Source: an uncultured Alphaproteobacteria bacterium (GTDB lineage Bacteria > Pseudomonadota > Alphaproteobacteria > RF32 > CAG-239). From it: a stretch of 64,000 nucleotides of DNA. The position numbers and the translations under genes are program-made. Shown piece after piece: positions 10,389-20,700 of this stretch. Each line of letters opens with the position of its first letter. The stretch's first letter is position 1. The notes under the pieces are model-generated. The model saw only the letters and a list, made by a program, of their open reading frames with translations, made no database searches and was not told the DNA's origin. The stretch is taken from the NCBI GenBank assembly GCA_944389095.1, contig CALXLC010000010.1:22154-86153 (forward strand). Reading direction: 5' to 3'.

Positions 10389-11117
10389 ATGAAATGGTAT
10401 CACATTCTGGCCGTCTGTTGTTTTGCTGTTGCCGCCTCAACGACACAAGCTCAGGAAACGCCGCGGCTTCCCGCCGCCGAAGAAAACCAGAAATGGCAGC
10501 CCAATCCGGAATATAACACCATTTTGGAAGAAATTTCTTCCGCCGTCGGACAAAGCGCCGTCGCCAATATTACCGGCGCCGAACAGGTTTTTTGCTACCA
10601 GATAACCAACCGTCCCGAAAACTACACCGGATACACGCTTGACGGCATGGCCATCGTCGGTTTTTGCGGGATTATCAACGCCGAGCTCAAAACCATGATT
10701 ACCTCCGAACTTTTCATGAATCCCGAAAACATTTTGTTTGACGTTACCGAAGAATGCGTCATCCGTCCGCAGATTATGCTGCGTTTTGTCCGCGGCGTGG
10801 ATGCCACCGATGTCCTGCTGTCATCGCCCTGCCATGCCTTTGCCATCTTTTACGGCGGACAAGTCAACGCCTTCAACGCCAAACCGGCCGCACCGATTAT
10901 TGACGCGCTGGTCGAACCGTTGATTAAAGGCAAGGTCGACTTTGCCTCTCCGGCGCTGTTCAACCAATTGCTGCCAATCGGCGTTGCGCAGACAGAAGAA
11001 CAAAAAGCCCTGCTCAACAAAAAAAACGAACCCATTCGCAACTGGATTAAAACCCAAAAGGAAGAAGAAGCAGCCTCTGCCAAACGCGGCTGGAACAACA
11101 TTAACCTGAAATTATAG
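10389..11117 (+). CDS. Secreted hypothetical protein (242 aa)
   Basis: N-terminal signal peptide (AVAASTTQAQE), no recognisable catalytic motifs. Confidence 0.5.
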   Translation: MKWYHILAVCCFAVAASTTQAQETPRLPAAEENQKWQPNPEYNTILEEISSAVGQSAVANITGAEQVFCYQITNRPENYTGYTLDGMAIVGFCGIINAELKTMITSELFMNPENILFDVTEECVIRPQIMLRFVRGVDATDVLLSSPCHAFAIFYGGQVNAFNAKPAAPIIDALVEPLIKGKVDFASPALFNQLLPIGVAQTEEQKALLNKKNEPIRNWIKTQKEEEAASAKRGWNNINLKL

Positions 11118-11119
11118 AA

Positions 11120-11962
11120 ATGACCATGAAACTGAAAATTGCCTACCAGGGCGTAGCCGGTGCATATTCCCATATTGCCTGTCGCACTGTTTATCCCGGA
11201 CAGGAATATACGGCCTGCCTGAGTTTTGAAGAAGCGATGAACAAAGTAGCCTCCGGCGAAGTGGATTTAGCCATGATTCCCGTGGAAAATTCCAACGCCG
11301 GACGCGTCTCTGACGTTCATTTTTTATTACCCTCGACAGGCTTGCACATTGTCGGAGAATTTTTTCTGCGCATAGAACACCAGCTGCTCGGGCTCCCCGG
11401 GGCCGAACTGTCCGACATCAAAACCGCTTCCTCGCACCCGCAGGCGCTGGCGCAATGTTCGGCTTTTTTGAAACGGCATCAGATTGTTCCCGTACAAAGA
11501 ATAGATACGGCGCTCTCCTGCGAAGACGTCATTAATGCCGGCGACAAAACCAAAGCCGCCATAGCTTCCCGCCTGGCAGCCGAAATCTACGGTCTGAAAA
11601 TTCTGGCGCCGAACATTGAAAACGCCTCAAATAACACCACTCGTTTCCTGATTATGTCACGGGACGAAAGCATTCCCGAAGACGACGGAACCACGTTCAT
11701 AACTTCGTTCATCTTTAAGGCAAAAAACATTCCCGCATCATTGTACAAAGCTCTGGGCGGGTTTGCGACCAACGGCATTAACATCACCAAACTGGAGAGC
11801 TACTTGTTGGAAGGAAAGTTCGTTTCGGCACAGTTTTATGTCGAAATTGAAGGCCACCCGGCCCGCCAGTCATTCAAAAATGCATTTGAGGAATTAAAAT
11901 TCTTCTCAGAAGCGATTCACGTTCTCGGGACCTACCCGGCGCATCCATACCGCAACCAATAA
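11120..11962 (+). CDS. pheA: Prephenate dehydratase (PDT plus ACT domain)
   Basis: KIAYQGVAGAYSH start, conserved TRF/ESRP-like core, C-terminal ACT-like region. Confidence 0.85.
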   Translation: MTMKLKIAYQGVAGAYSHIACRTVYPGQEYTACLSFEEAMNKVASGEVDLAMIPVENSNAGRVSDVHFLLPSTGLHIVGEFFLRIEHQLLGLPGAELSDIKTASSHPQALAQCSAFLKRHQIVPVQRIDTALSCEDVINAGDKTKAAIASRLAAEIYGLKILAPNIENASNNTTRFLIMSRDESIPEDDGTTFITSFIFKAKNIPASLYKALGGFATNGINITKLESYLLEGKFVSAQFYVEIEGHPARQSFKNAFEELKFFSEAIHVLGTYPAHPYRNQ

Positions 11963-11982
11963 ATCGCCAAAACATCAATCTG

Positions 11983-12012
11983 TCGGCTGACTAAAACTCA
12001 GCCGACTTTTTC
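11983..12012. terminator. Bidirectional terminator between convergent pheA and atpF
   Basis: gtcggctgactaaaactcagccgac hairpin flanked by T/A runs. Confidence 0.5.
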
Positions 12013-12600
12013 TATAGATTCGTCAATCAGCTTATCCAAATCTTTGGCATCCAAAGATTCCGCCAAAACTTTTTTGACAGCCGCAATTGCGCGTTCGGCC
12101 GTTTTTGCCGTAATTTCTCTGACGGCGTCTTCCTGTGCGCCGGCAACACGCAGCTTGGCTTCTTTTTCACGGGCGGCCATGTCACTTTCAAGCTTTGCCA
12201 GACTGTCCCGTTTAATCAGATTTATCTCACGCTCCGACCGGACCAAAATTTCCTGAGCCTCTTGCTCGGCCTGACGATATTTTTTTTCATATTCGGCCAG
12301 CAGCTTCTGGGCATCTTCCTTCAAATCGGCAGCATCCTGAATTCGTTTGGCAATATCTTCGCCGCGCTTCTGCAACATCCGGTATAATATTTTGCCTACC
12401 GGACGGGCCAGAGCAACAACGGCCACGACAAAAGAAACCGCAACCCAGAACTCTGCGCTTAAATAAAAAATCTCGTCATGACCGCTCATTTCGGCGGCGG
12501 TACTTTCAATTGCGTCCGCAACACTGCCGACCGCATTCAAAACGGCATCCTGCGTTGCGTTCAAAACCTCTTTGTCCGACAGCGTTTCTTCCAAAGCCAT
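11998..12600 (-). CDS. atpF: F0F1 ATP synthase subunit b
   Basis: Single N-terminal TM then long charged coiled coil (KRxxDIAKRIxDA...); last gene of the atpI-B-E-F'-F block. Confidence 0.75.
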   Translation of the reverse strand: MALEETLSDKEVLNATQDAVLNAVGSVADAIESTAAEMSGHDEIFYLSAEFWVAVSFVVAVVALARPVGKILYRMLQKRGEDIAKRIQDAADLKEDAQKLLAEYEKKYRQAEQEAQEILVRSEREINLIKRDSLAKLESDMAAREKEAKLRVAGAQEDAVREITAKTAERAIAAVKKVLAESLDAKDLDKLIDESIEKVG

Positions 12601-13085
12601 TATTTCTCGCCTCCGGTTTCTTTTACGGCAGCCTGCAAAGCTTTTGCAGACACTTTAAAGCCAAGTTTCTTGACCACCTCTCCGGCCAGTTCTGCGGCAA
12701 TTTCCTCTGCCTGTTTCATAACTTTTTCCTTTGAGGCCTGAATTTTTTTCTCACCCTCGCTGATCTGCCGGTTCAATTCTTCGCTCAAATCGGCCTGCCG
12801 CCGGTCAATCATATTTTTCAAATCCTGCTGGGTTTTCTGCAAGGATTGATTGGCCTCATCGGTAGCCTGCTTCAAAGCACTGTGATATCTTTCAAGAGCC
12901 TCCTCTGCCTTTTCCTTGATTTCAGCCGATTTTTCAAGATAGTCGTCAATTTTTTCGCGACGCAGGTTAATCATCTCCGCAATCCGCGGAATAATGATTT
13001 TGCTCATCACAAACAGCATTGCAAAAAAAGTAACGCTCAGCCAAAAAAGCTGTGACGGAAAAACGCTGAAATCCAACTGAGGCAT
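12600..13085 (-). CDS. F0F1 ATP synthase subunit b' (second b-type subunit)
   Basis: MPQLDFSVFPSQLFWL N-terminus, TM plus coiled coil; start overlaps the atpF stop, as in alphaproteobacterial atpF'/atpF pairs. Confidence 0.7.
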   Translation of the reverse strand: MPQLDFSVFPSQLFWLSVTFFAMLFVMSKIIIPRIAEMINLRREKIDDYLEKSAEIKEKAEEALERYHSALKQATDEANQSLQKTQQDLKNMIDRRQADLSEELNRQISEGEKKIQASKEKVMKQAEEIAAELAGEVVKKLGFKVSAKALQAAVKETGGEK

Positions 13086-13172
13086 AGCAAACTCCTGTTT
13101 TTATCAAAAATCCAGGACATCGGCGGCGGGAAACGTTTTCCGCTCCGCCGCAAACTCCCGAAATATTTTCTG

Positions 13173-13394
13173 TTAATTGCCGGTCAGCATAACCAAAGCG
13201 ATAACCAGAGCATACAGCGCAATCGCCTCAACGGCGGCAAAGCCTGCCCAGCCATAGATATCAACATCTTTTTTAACCTGCGGATTACGTCCGACGGTAG
13301 AAATAATGGTCGTCCAAACCTGAGAAACGCCCCAAGCGGCAGCCATCATCGACAAAGCGCACATACCAGCGCCAATATAAGCTAACGGTTCCAT
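13173..13394 (-). CDS. atpE: F0F1 ATP synthase subunit c
   Basis: 73-aa two-helix proteolipid with GRNP loop and conserved carboxylate helix. Confidence 0.8.
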   Translation of the reverse strand: MEPLAYIGAGMCALSMMAAAWGVSQVWTTIISTVGRNPQVKKDVDIYGWAGFAAVEAIALYALVIALVMLTGN

Positions 13395-13454
13395 TTGATT
13401 TCCTTTCCAAAAATTAAGTCGTTATCATCCACACAATAATAAACGAGTTTGTCA

Positions 13455-14177
13455 TCAATGCTCGTGCAGCGCGTCGCCCAGATAAATACAGCTTAAAACC
13501 GTATAAATAAAGGCTTGCAGCAATGCGATAAAGATTTCAAAACACACGATGCAGCAGTTAAACAGCACCGGCACAACGCCGGCCACGCCCAAAGCCACCA
13601 CAAAGCCGGCAATTATTTTCAGCATAATATGGCCCACCGTCATATTGGCGACCAAACGGACTGTCAGGCTGAACGGCTTTGACAAAAACGAAATCATTTC
13701 AATCGGCACAATCAGCGGAGCCAGCGCCATGGGAATCCCCCTGGGCATAAACGTCCTCAGCCAGCCAAGTTTTTTGCGTTTAATACCGATACAGATATTA
13801 AACAACAGGGCAATCAGCGACAAACTGCCGACAGCCGTCAGATGGGACGTAAACGTAAAGGCATACGGAAACAACCCCAGCAGATTGCCGAAGGCCACAT
13901 ACAAAAACATTGTAAAAATAAACGGAAAATACTTGAGCCCTTCCGGCCCCACATTTTCTCTCAGCAAATTGCTGATAAACTCATAAGCCCCTTCCGGAAC
14001 CGACTGCGCCGGCGACGGCACAATGCTGCGCTTCCGAAGACACACGGCCAGCAGCAAAGTGGACACGGCAGCCGCCAAAACCATAAACAGCGCCGAATTT
14101 GTAAAAGAAATATCCACGCCGCCGACTTCTATCGGAATCAGCGGCTTAATAACAAATTGTTCCATCGGATTGGACAT
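13455..14177 (-). CDS. atpB: F0F1 ATP synthase subunit a
   Basis: Multi-TM protein with conserved ...LTVRLVANMTVGH... arginine-containing helix. Confidence 0.85.
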   Translation of the reverse strand: MSNPMEQFVIKPLIPIEVGGVDISFTNSALFMVLAAAVSTLLLAVCLRKRSIVPSPAQSVPEGAYEFISNLLRENVGPEGLKYFPFIFTMFLYVAFGNLLGLFPYAFTFTSHLTAVGSLSLIALLFNICIGIKRKKLGWLRTFMPRGIPMALAPLIVPIEMISFLSKPFSLTVRLVANMTVGHIMLKIIAGFVVALGVAGVVPVLFNCCIVCFEIFIALLQAFIYTVLSCIYLGDALHEH

Positions 14178-14183
14178 TTCAAC

Positions 14184-14489
14184 TCACTCCTTACGTCGGC
14201 TTTCCTCGCTTTTCACAAAGCGGTAAACATTCAAGACACCGGCTCCGCCGCCTAAAAAAATAAACAGCACCAGAAACCATGGCTGGGTATTCAAAAACCT
14301 GTCCAGCAGATAACCGATTGCCGCCCCGACCAAAACGCCGGACAACAACTCGGTCCCCACCCGAAAACCGGCCTTTGAGGCATGCATGGCTTCCGATTCC
14401 TTTTTGGCCTTGCGCGCATCGGATTCTTTCTTTTTGAGGGAGGCTATCCGCGCTTCCAGCCTGGATATGTCTTCAGGTTTTCTTTTCAT
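14184..14489 (-). CDS. atpI: AtpI/AtpZ-like ATP synthase protein I
   Basis: Small protein, charged N-terminus plus two TM helices, immediately upstream of atpB. Confidence 0.55.
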   Translation of the reverse strand: MKRKPEDISRLEARIASLKKKESDARKAKKESEAMHASKAGFRVGTELLSGVLVGAAIGYLLDRFLNTQPWFLVLFIFLGGGAGVLNVYRFVKSEESRRKE

Positions 14490-14536
14490 ACCTCACCTTG
14501 TATACCCTAAAGTATTACGGAGTTGTTAAAGAAGTC

Positions 14537-15274
14537 CTAATTTTTGTTTTTGACGTCGATTTTTTGCTGCAAAATTTCATCAAATGTTTCAAAAGACTGC
14601 GCCCCCTGCAAAATCTCAAACCCGTCTTTGGATTTAATGACAAAAGAAGGCGTTCCCTGAATTTTCATCTGGGTTACCCCGTTCTGCCGGTTGGTCAAAA
14701 TCTCCCGGGCATTTTCATCATTTTTAAGGCAAGCCTTGGCCTTTTCCTGCCCCAGGCCGCTGAGCGCCGCATACTGCATCAGCACCTTCTGCGGATTGCG
14801 GGACAAACTCCAGTCGCGCTGTTTTTCAAACAAAACCTCCACAAACGGAAAATATTTGTCCGGCGCCACACACTCCGCCAGCAAAGCGCCGTCCATTGAC
14901 GCCTTGTCAATCGGAAATACCACAAAAACCAGACGCAGCAGCCCCTTATCAATATATTTTTCCTTCAACAACGGCAGCGTGTCCAGATGAAAATCCGCGC
15001 AATGGAAACAACCGAAGGACGAATATTCATAAAGCGTCACCGGGGCATTTGCCTTTCCCAGACTGTGTTCATCGGGCATAACATAATTGGCCGGCACGTC
15101 AAGCTTGTCCGGCAGCGCCAAATCCTGAGCCTGAGCAGATTTGACCAGCACAATCTCTCCGCCGTCGGTCATAACGAACCCCTTCCAGCTTAAATACATC
15201 CCCGCCGCAATAAAAAAGACCGCCACGGCCGCAATGAAAGAACTTATTTTTTTTATAATGTTTTCAAAAGTCAT
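14537..15274 (-). CDS. DsbA-family thiol:disulfide interchange protein (membrane-anchored)
   Basis: N-terminal TM, CFHC active-site motif in a thioredoxin fold; start taken at MTFENII (ATG ~15274), 4 nt after the upstream gene stop. Confidence 0.75.
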   Translation of the reverse strand: MTFENIIKKISSFIAAVAVFFIAAGMYLSWKGFVMTDGGEIVLVKSAQAQDLALPDKLDVPANYVMPDEHSLGKANAPVTLYEYSSFGCFHCADFHLDTLPLLKEKYIDKGLLRLVFVVFPIDKASMDGALLAECVAPDKYFPFVEVLFEKQRDWSLSRNPQKVLMQYAALSGLGQEKAKACLKNDENAREILTNRQNGVTQMKIQGTPSFVIKSKDGFEILQGAQSFETFDEILQQKIDVKNKN

Positions 15275-15278
15275 AATC

Positions 15279-15806
15279 TTATTTTCCGTCTTTGTTATTT
15301 CCGATAACGCTGCGCCCCAGCTTTTCGACAATCTCCTGCAGGGCGGGGTTTTGAATATCTTCACTCAGTTGTCTAATATAATTTTCTTCTTCACGGGTTA
15401 CAAGATTTTTTTCCGATCTTTGCACGGGCTTCTCGGCCAAAGGCAGAATTTCGGCGTTCTGAATAATCTTCAGGCGGCTGACGGCGCAATATCCGAAATA
15501 AGAGTTAACCTTGGCCAGAAGCAGCTTTTCCCGGTGTTGCAACTCCAGAGCAAAAGCGCCGCCCGGCACGGCAACATGCAGCACGCCGTCGGTTTTCTCC
15601 CCCCGTTTAAACTCTATTCTCTGTGGAAAAACATAATCGGCCAGTTCTTCGCCGACAATTTTGTCCCAGTTGGCAATCATATCGACTTCCACAAAACCTT
15701 TCTGCCCCAGAATGGAGCGGGCAAACGGCAGAATAGTCCGGGAAACCGCCTGCAAATCCCCTGTTTTGCGCTCATCGCTGACCGTATATGCTTCTTTTTT
15801 CTTCAT
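15279..15806 (-). CDS. DUF721-type (Zn-ribbon-like) protein
   Basis: Conserved VPGGAFALELQHREKLLLAKVNSYFGY block typical of DUF721; start placed at MKKKEAYTVS to avoid overlap with fliO. Confidence 0.55.
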   Translation of the reverse strand: MKKKEAYTVSDERKTGDLQAVSRTILPFARSILGQKGFVEVDMIANWDKIVGEELADYVFPQRIEFKRGEKTDGVLHVAVPGGAFALELQHREKLLLAKVNSYFGYCAVSRLKIIQNAEILPLAEKPVQRSEKNLVTREEENYIRQLSEDIQNPALQEIVEKLGRSVIGNNKDGK

Positions 15807-15905
15807 GGCGTCAAATTTAACAAACAATATCAACAACCGCAAGCCTTTTATTGACTTGCCGGCGCCGATAAGCCTATAATCAGCCTGAATTAGGGAGAAA
15901 AAATC

Positions 15906-16205
15906 ATGGGATGGCATACTTTTGCCCACGCTTTTCTGGCATTGATTTTCGTCATCGGACTGCTCCTGCTGACGGTCTGGCTGTTGAAATATTGTCAGCA
16001 AAAAGGATTGAACGGCAGATTAATCCGCAAAATAAACGCCGGACAAAAAATCGGAATTATCGAAACGCACCGGATTGACGCCCGGCACACGCTCGTTTTA
16101 TGCCGCTGCGGCCAAACGGAATATTTACTGCTGCTCGGAGCTGCTTCCGATTTGCTTGTTGACCGTATGCCGCTCAGAAAAAAAGGAGACCGGACCGATG
16201 AATAA
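15906..16205 (+). CDS. fliO: Flagellar biosynthesis protein FliO
   Basis: Single TM helix, C-terminal IGIIETHRIDARHTLVLCRCGQTEYLLLLGA resembles FliO; overlaps the fliP start. Confidence 0.6.
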   Translation: MGWHTFAHAFLALIFVIGLLLLTVWLLKYCQQKGLNGRLIRKINAGQKIGIIETHRIDARHTLVLCRCGQTEYLLLLGAASDLLVDRMPLRKKGDRTDE

Positions 16206-16938
16206 AAAGTTTTTGCTGTTTGCGCTCCTTGCCTTGTTCACGATTCTGTTCTGCGACACCGCCGCGGCCCAAAGCATTACCCTTAACATGGAAGACGCGC
16301 CCGGAGGCTCTGCAACGGCACGGATTTTCAGCGTTTTGATGCTGATAACGATTTTGTCCCTGGCACCTTCGATTTTAGTCATGATGACGTCATTTATCAG
16401 GATTTCCGTTGTTCTGTCCATTACCCGCAGCGCGCTTGCCACCAACACCACGCCGCCCAACATGGTTCTGGTTTCTCTGGCTCTGTTTCTGACCTTTTTT
16501 GTCATGGCGCCGACTTTTGAAAAAGCCTGGGACGAAGGCATCAGCCCGATTATCGAAGATAAGGTCGACATTATGGACGGCCTGGAAAAAGCCGTTGTTC
16601 CGCTCAAAGAATTTATGGTCAGCAACACCCGCGAAAAAGACCTGCTGCTGTTTACGGATTTGGCCAAAGAAAAACCGGCGGCAAGCGTTGAGGAAACGCC
16701 GCTCAAAATCGCTGTTCCGGCTTTTATGATAAGCGAACTGCGACGGGCGTTTGAAATCGGATTTCTGGTTTTTATTCCCTTTCTGATAATCGACATGGTC
16801 ATTGCGTCCGTCCTCATGTCAATGGGTATGATGATGCTGCCGCCGACCGTACTGGCTCTGCCGTTCAAAGTAATTTTCTTTGTGTTGGTGGACGGCTGGT
16901 ATCTGCTGGCCGGCTCTTTGGTCAACAGTTTTCATTAA
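16198..16938 (+). CDS. fliP: Flagellar export apparatus protein FliP
   Basis: Signal peptide then conserved FliP TM core (PSILVMMTSFIRISVVLSITRSALATNTTPPN...). Confidence 0.9.
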   Translation: MNKKFLLFALLALFTILFCDTAAAQSITLNMEDAPGGSATARIFSVLMLITILSLAPSILVMMTSFIRISVVLSITRSALATNTTPPNMVLVSLALFLTFFVMAPTFEKAWDEGISPIIEDKVDIMDGLEKAVVPLKEFMVSNTREKDLLLFTDLAKEKPAASVEETPLKIAVPAFMISELRRAFEIGFLVFIPFLIIDMVIASVLMSMGMMMLPPTVLALPFKVIFFVLVDGWYLLAGSLVNSFH

Positions 16939-16942
16939 CCGC

Positions 16943-16976
16943 AAAAAAAGCCTCCGCAAAGGAGGCTTTTTGTTGT
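16943..16976. terminator. Bidirectional terminator between fliP and the convergent OMP gene
   Basis: aaaaagcctccgcaaaggaggcttttt hairpin. Confidence 0.6.
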
Positions 16977-16995
16977 TTCATAAACCGGACGCCGC

Positions 16996-17601
16996 TTAGA
17001 ACGTAAAGCGAAGACCGCCGTAATATTCGTGAGCATTGACATTGGCTTTTTCGATATCGCCCATATCAACATAACGATAACCGGCATCAAGATTCAAACA
17101 TCTGTTCAGACGCAGGGACAAACCGCCGCCCAAACTCCAGGTAAAGTTGTCGGAAGAATATGTATAAGTTCTAGAATCTGTATTAGTCACATCCAGACGC
17201 GTCCAGCCGATACCGCCGCTGACATACGGACTGATCCAGTAATTGGGCATAAAATCAATATAAGCATTGGCCATAAAGCTGTCAGACTCCAAAACAGAGT
17301 GGCGTTTTCCCTCTATTGGCCCCGAACCTGCCGGATAAGTATCATCCGAGTCATCGCGATAAACATATTCCGCTTCAATCCGGAAATAAGAATAGCGATA
17401 ACCGATGGCACCGGACATCATCCAGACATCGCCGAAATCAGCGCGGGAAGAAACCGCCGCCGAATCATTTTTGTCATTCAGATTGTAACTGTCCATACCG
17501 CCGCGGACAGCCAGATAAAAACCGTCGCGAGCCGAAGCCGTGGACGCGGCTGCCATAGACAAAACCAAAGCAGAAGCCAAGGTAACCATTGATTTTTTCA
17601 T
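16996..17601 (-). CDS. Small outer-membrane beta-barrel protein (OmpA-like/Omp25-type)
   Basis: MKKSMVTLASALVLSMAAASTASA signal peptide, beta-strand pattern, C-terminal GLRFTF. Confidence 0.7.
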   Translation of the reverse strand: MKKSMVTLASALVLSMAAASTASARDGFYLAVRGGMDSYNLNDKNDSAAVSSRADFGDVWMMSGAIGYRYSYFRIEAEYVYRDDSDDTYPAGSGPIEGKRHSVLESDSFMANAYIDFMPNYWISPYVSGGIGWTRLDVTNTDSRTYTYSSDNFTWSLGGGLSLRLNRCLNLDAGYRYVDMGDIEKANVNAHEYYGGLRFTF

Positions 17602-17744
17602 GATAGTCTCCATAAAGTTTTCCGTAAAATTTGTCCAACTATACAACTAAACTCAAAATTAATCAAGCGAAAAATGCATCAATTTTATTTTTTATTTGCC
17701 CAGACTGTAGCATGGCTTCGTTATTATTTTGTTAATAGCGCAAA

Positions 17745-17781
17745 AAAAATACCGTTTTCCTAAAAAAAACGGTATTTTTTC
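17745..17781. terminator. Terminator downstream of the 1020-aa pseudopilin-like gene
   Basis: aaaataccgttttcctaaaaaaaacggtatttttt hairpin. Confidence 0.55.
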
Positions 17782-17799
17782 ACCTTGTTTTTATTCCGC

Positions 17800-20700
17800 T
17801 TACCAGGGATCGTCATATCCCAGAGCCGGATCGTTCAACCGGTCACGATAAGACGAATCTCCGGAATTGTACCCGGCACCGCCGGTACTCCGTCCGGTTT
17901 TGGCATACCCCGAACGGAAATTGGCAATCTGGTCATACCCGGTATCAACCAGGTCGCTTTTCCACGACCAGTCGGGGTTAGACATGACGCGCCGTTCAAA
18001 ATAGCAGTAAACATTTGAGATTGCGGTCATTTCCTCGTTATAAACCGGAAACAGGTTCCACACGATTTTTCCGCGCAGACTGTTGGCCGTCGCGCTTCCC
18101 GCCACGTCGGTCAGGTAATCCTGATAATCGGAGCCGTGATACAAAAAGCCCATAATCGCATGCCAGCCCAAAAAGTCGCTGTTGCGGATGGTTCCCATAT
18201 TTCCGCTTGTGGAAGACGTCGAATTGTCACGCACGCCGCTGATGGTCGTGTTCAGCCAGGTATTGGTCTGGAAAGTCATCGGCATACCTTGTTCAAACTC
18301 ATGCGTATGCACACCCGAAGATCCGTCCGCCTCGGCAATAATCAAACGACCGGACGCCGGATCGCGGGGAGCCACAAAATAACTCTTAAACCGCTGAGCG
18401 ACTTCGGTTTCCGGAATTCCCGTCGGCGGCATGGCCACATAATAAGCTTCCGCCATTTTCCAGCGAATGGGATTAATGGTAATAACTTTGGAATAGCCCG
18501 GCGGACATTGGGGAGTCGGCACAAAACCGAGCCACGGCGTCGTAATACAGTCCATATCGCCGTTGCAGTCGCTTGGCTGATTTTCCACAACAATTGAATT
18601 TCCGCTCTGCCGAACCGTATAATCCTCCCAGCTGCGGCTGCCGCTGGTCGGCTCCTCATAAGTATTATCAATAACATAAATACCTTTATTGATAAAGTCG
18701 GGCAAAATATCGCTCAAACGCGCGCCGCCGCGGGTAGTCAGCTTAATATCGTGCATAACCGAGGTATATGCGGGATTAACCTGATAAGCGTCATACGGCT
18801 TAGTCGCGCCGGCCTCACGTTCATTGGCATCCGGTCCCGGAAATTCATAAGCCTGATTGGCCAGCAGCCGGTCTGCTTTAATATAGCCCGGAACATCCTG
18901 CTCACCTTTGTCGGCCTCCAAATCAGAACGATCCGACGTTCCGCCCGCCGGCAGCGAAATCATTCCTTCGCGCCGGATAAGCACGCCGTCATCCAACACG
19001 GTATTGGTAAAAGCTCCCGTACTGTCCGTCACGGACTTGTTGCGGGCATCATTGGCAAAAAGCATTTTGTCTTCGTCAATCACGATATTGTCGGAAACCG
19101 CCTTAATCAGCGTCGCGTCCATTTCAATATTTCCGGTTGTCATTTCCAAACTGGCCGTACTGCCGCCGCCGGCGCCGTAGCTATGCTCCAACAACAGGCT
19201 ATCTTGATTAACGTAAATCGAATTCGGATTCTCTGCACCGGTATTACGAATGGCAATTTGATTGCTTTTTAAATCAACGGTCTGCTTTCCGCCGTTGGCA
19301 CTCAGCCCGATTTCAGTACCGGTAATTTCCGCGCCGCCGGAATCCAACTCCACCTTGCCGCCGAGATCACCGCCGCCTTGTGCCGTCAAAACACCGGAAG
19401 ACAAAGCATCTAACGTTGAATCGGTCACTTTGACCCCGTTGGCGTCATCCAATTTAACAAACGCACCGCTGGCATCCGTACCGACCACCGCGCTTCCCAC
19501 ATACAATTTGGCTTCCGTATCGGAAATCGACAGTCTGTCACCCACCTGCATATTGTTAACGGCAATGTCGACGCTGGAATTATCGGCCAAAAAGTTATAA
19601 GTCCCGTCAGCCATCCGGCCACCGCCCAAAATACCGCGTGCGTAAATATTTTCGGCATCAAAATCACCGCCGATGCTCAAATCATTTTTAATATAAGCGT
19701 TATTCTCTACCAAAAGGCTGCCGTCCGAAGAGTTTGACTGCCCCACAACCAGACTGTAGTTATTGGTATCTCCCGAAAAACCGGAGGCGCCGCTGATTGT
19801 GCCGCCCTTGACATTGACGCCGGAGCTGATTTCAGCACCGCCTTCAACCGTCAGCTTGCCGCTGCCGTCATCGCCTTTTTTAATCTCGGTATCGCCGGTA
19901 ATTGTCGTCTTGCCCGTAATTGAGCTGTCTCCCGTCACGTCAATACCGCCTTCGGTAACCGTAACCTTACCGGCTGCCTTGATTTTATCCGTATCGTTAA
20001 CCAGCAGCAGGCTGTCGGCAATATTGGCGCTGCCTGCCGTCAGCAGATTCGAAATCGTTGCCGCGCCTTCCACGACCAGATTGGCCTCTTTTTGGGTTTC
20101 CCCTTCATCGGCACCGGTAATCAAAACCTCGCCGCTGTCGCTGTCGGCAATCAGGCGGTGAACCTCGCCGATGGAATTACCGCCCATATACAGATTAACC
20201 TGCATGGTGTTGTATTCAACATCGCCCATACTGTCATCACGAAACAAAACATGCTCCGTTCCGGCGCCGGAACTCGCGTTAACCGCATGAATGGAACTCG
20301 AGGCAATACTGCCGTTGGGAGCCGTCCCCAAATCATAGTCACCCAATGCGGCGGCCCATCCGCCCTGCACGCCGTTGGCAACATTATCTTCCACAATGGC
20401 GCCGTTGGCCCCAATCATGGATGCGATTTTGGAAGAACGGACAATCGACAAATCGTTTTTTATCGGCGCCAGCACCAACCCCGTTATCGACGCGTGTTCC
20501 TGAGGCGTACCCTCGTCAACCACACTTTTCTTATACGCCATCTTAAAAGCGGAAAACAATTTTGATTCGTCCAGATTAAACCCGTACGGCAGATACGGCT
20601 CAATATCTTCGGGCAAAACCTCCTGAATATCCGGACTGCCCGACATCGTAAAATCAACGTAATTATCCTTGATGTAGTCATCCAGAGCCTTTGACAGAGT

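Noticed and set aside
13549-14255. Two plus-strand ORFs (145 and 137 aa) over the atpB region
   Set aside because: Antisense to atpB/atpI, Arg/Lys-rich artefacts.
15141-15854. 237-aa plus-strand ORF
   Set aside because: Antisense to the DsbA-like and DUF721 genes.
16125-16925. 266-aa minus-strand ORF
   Set aside because: Antisense of fliP. No start/RBS context.
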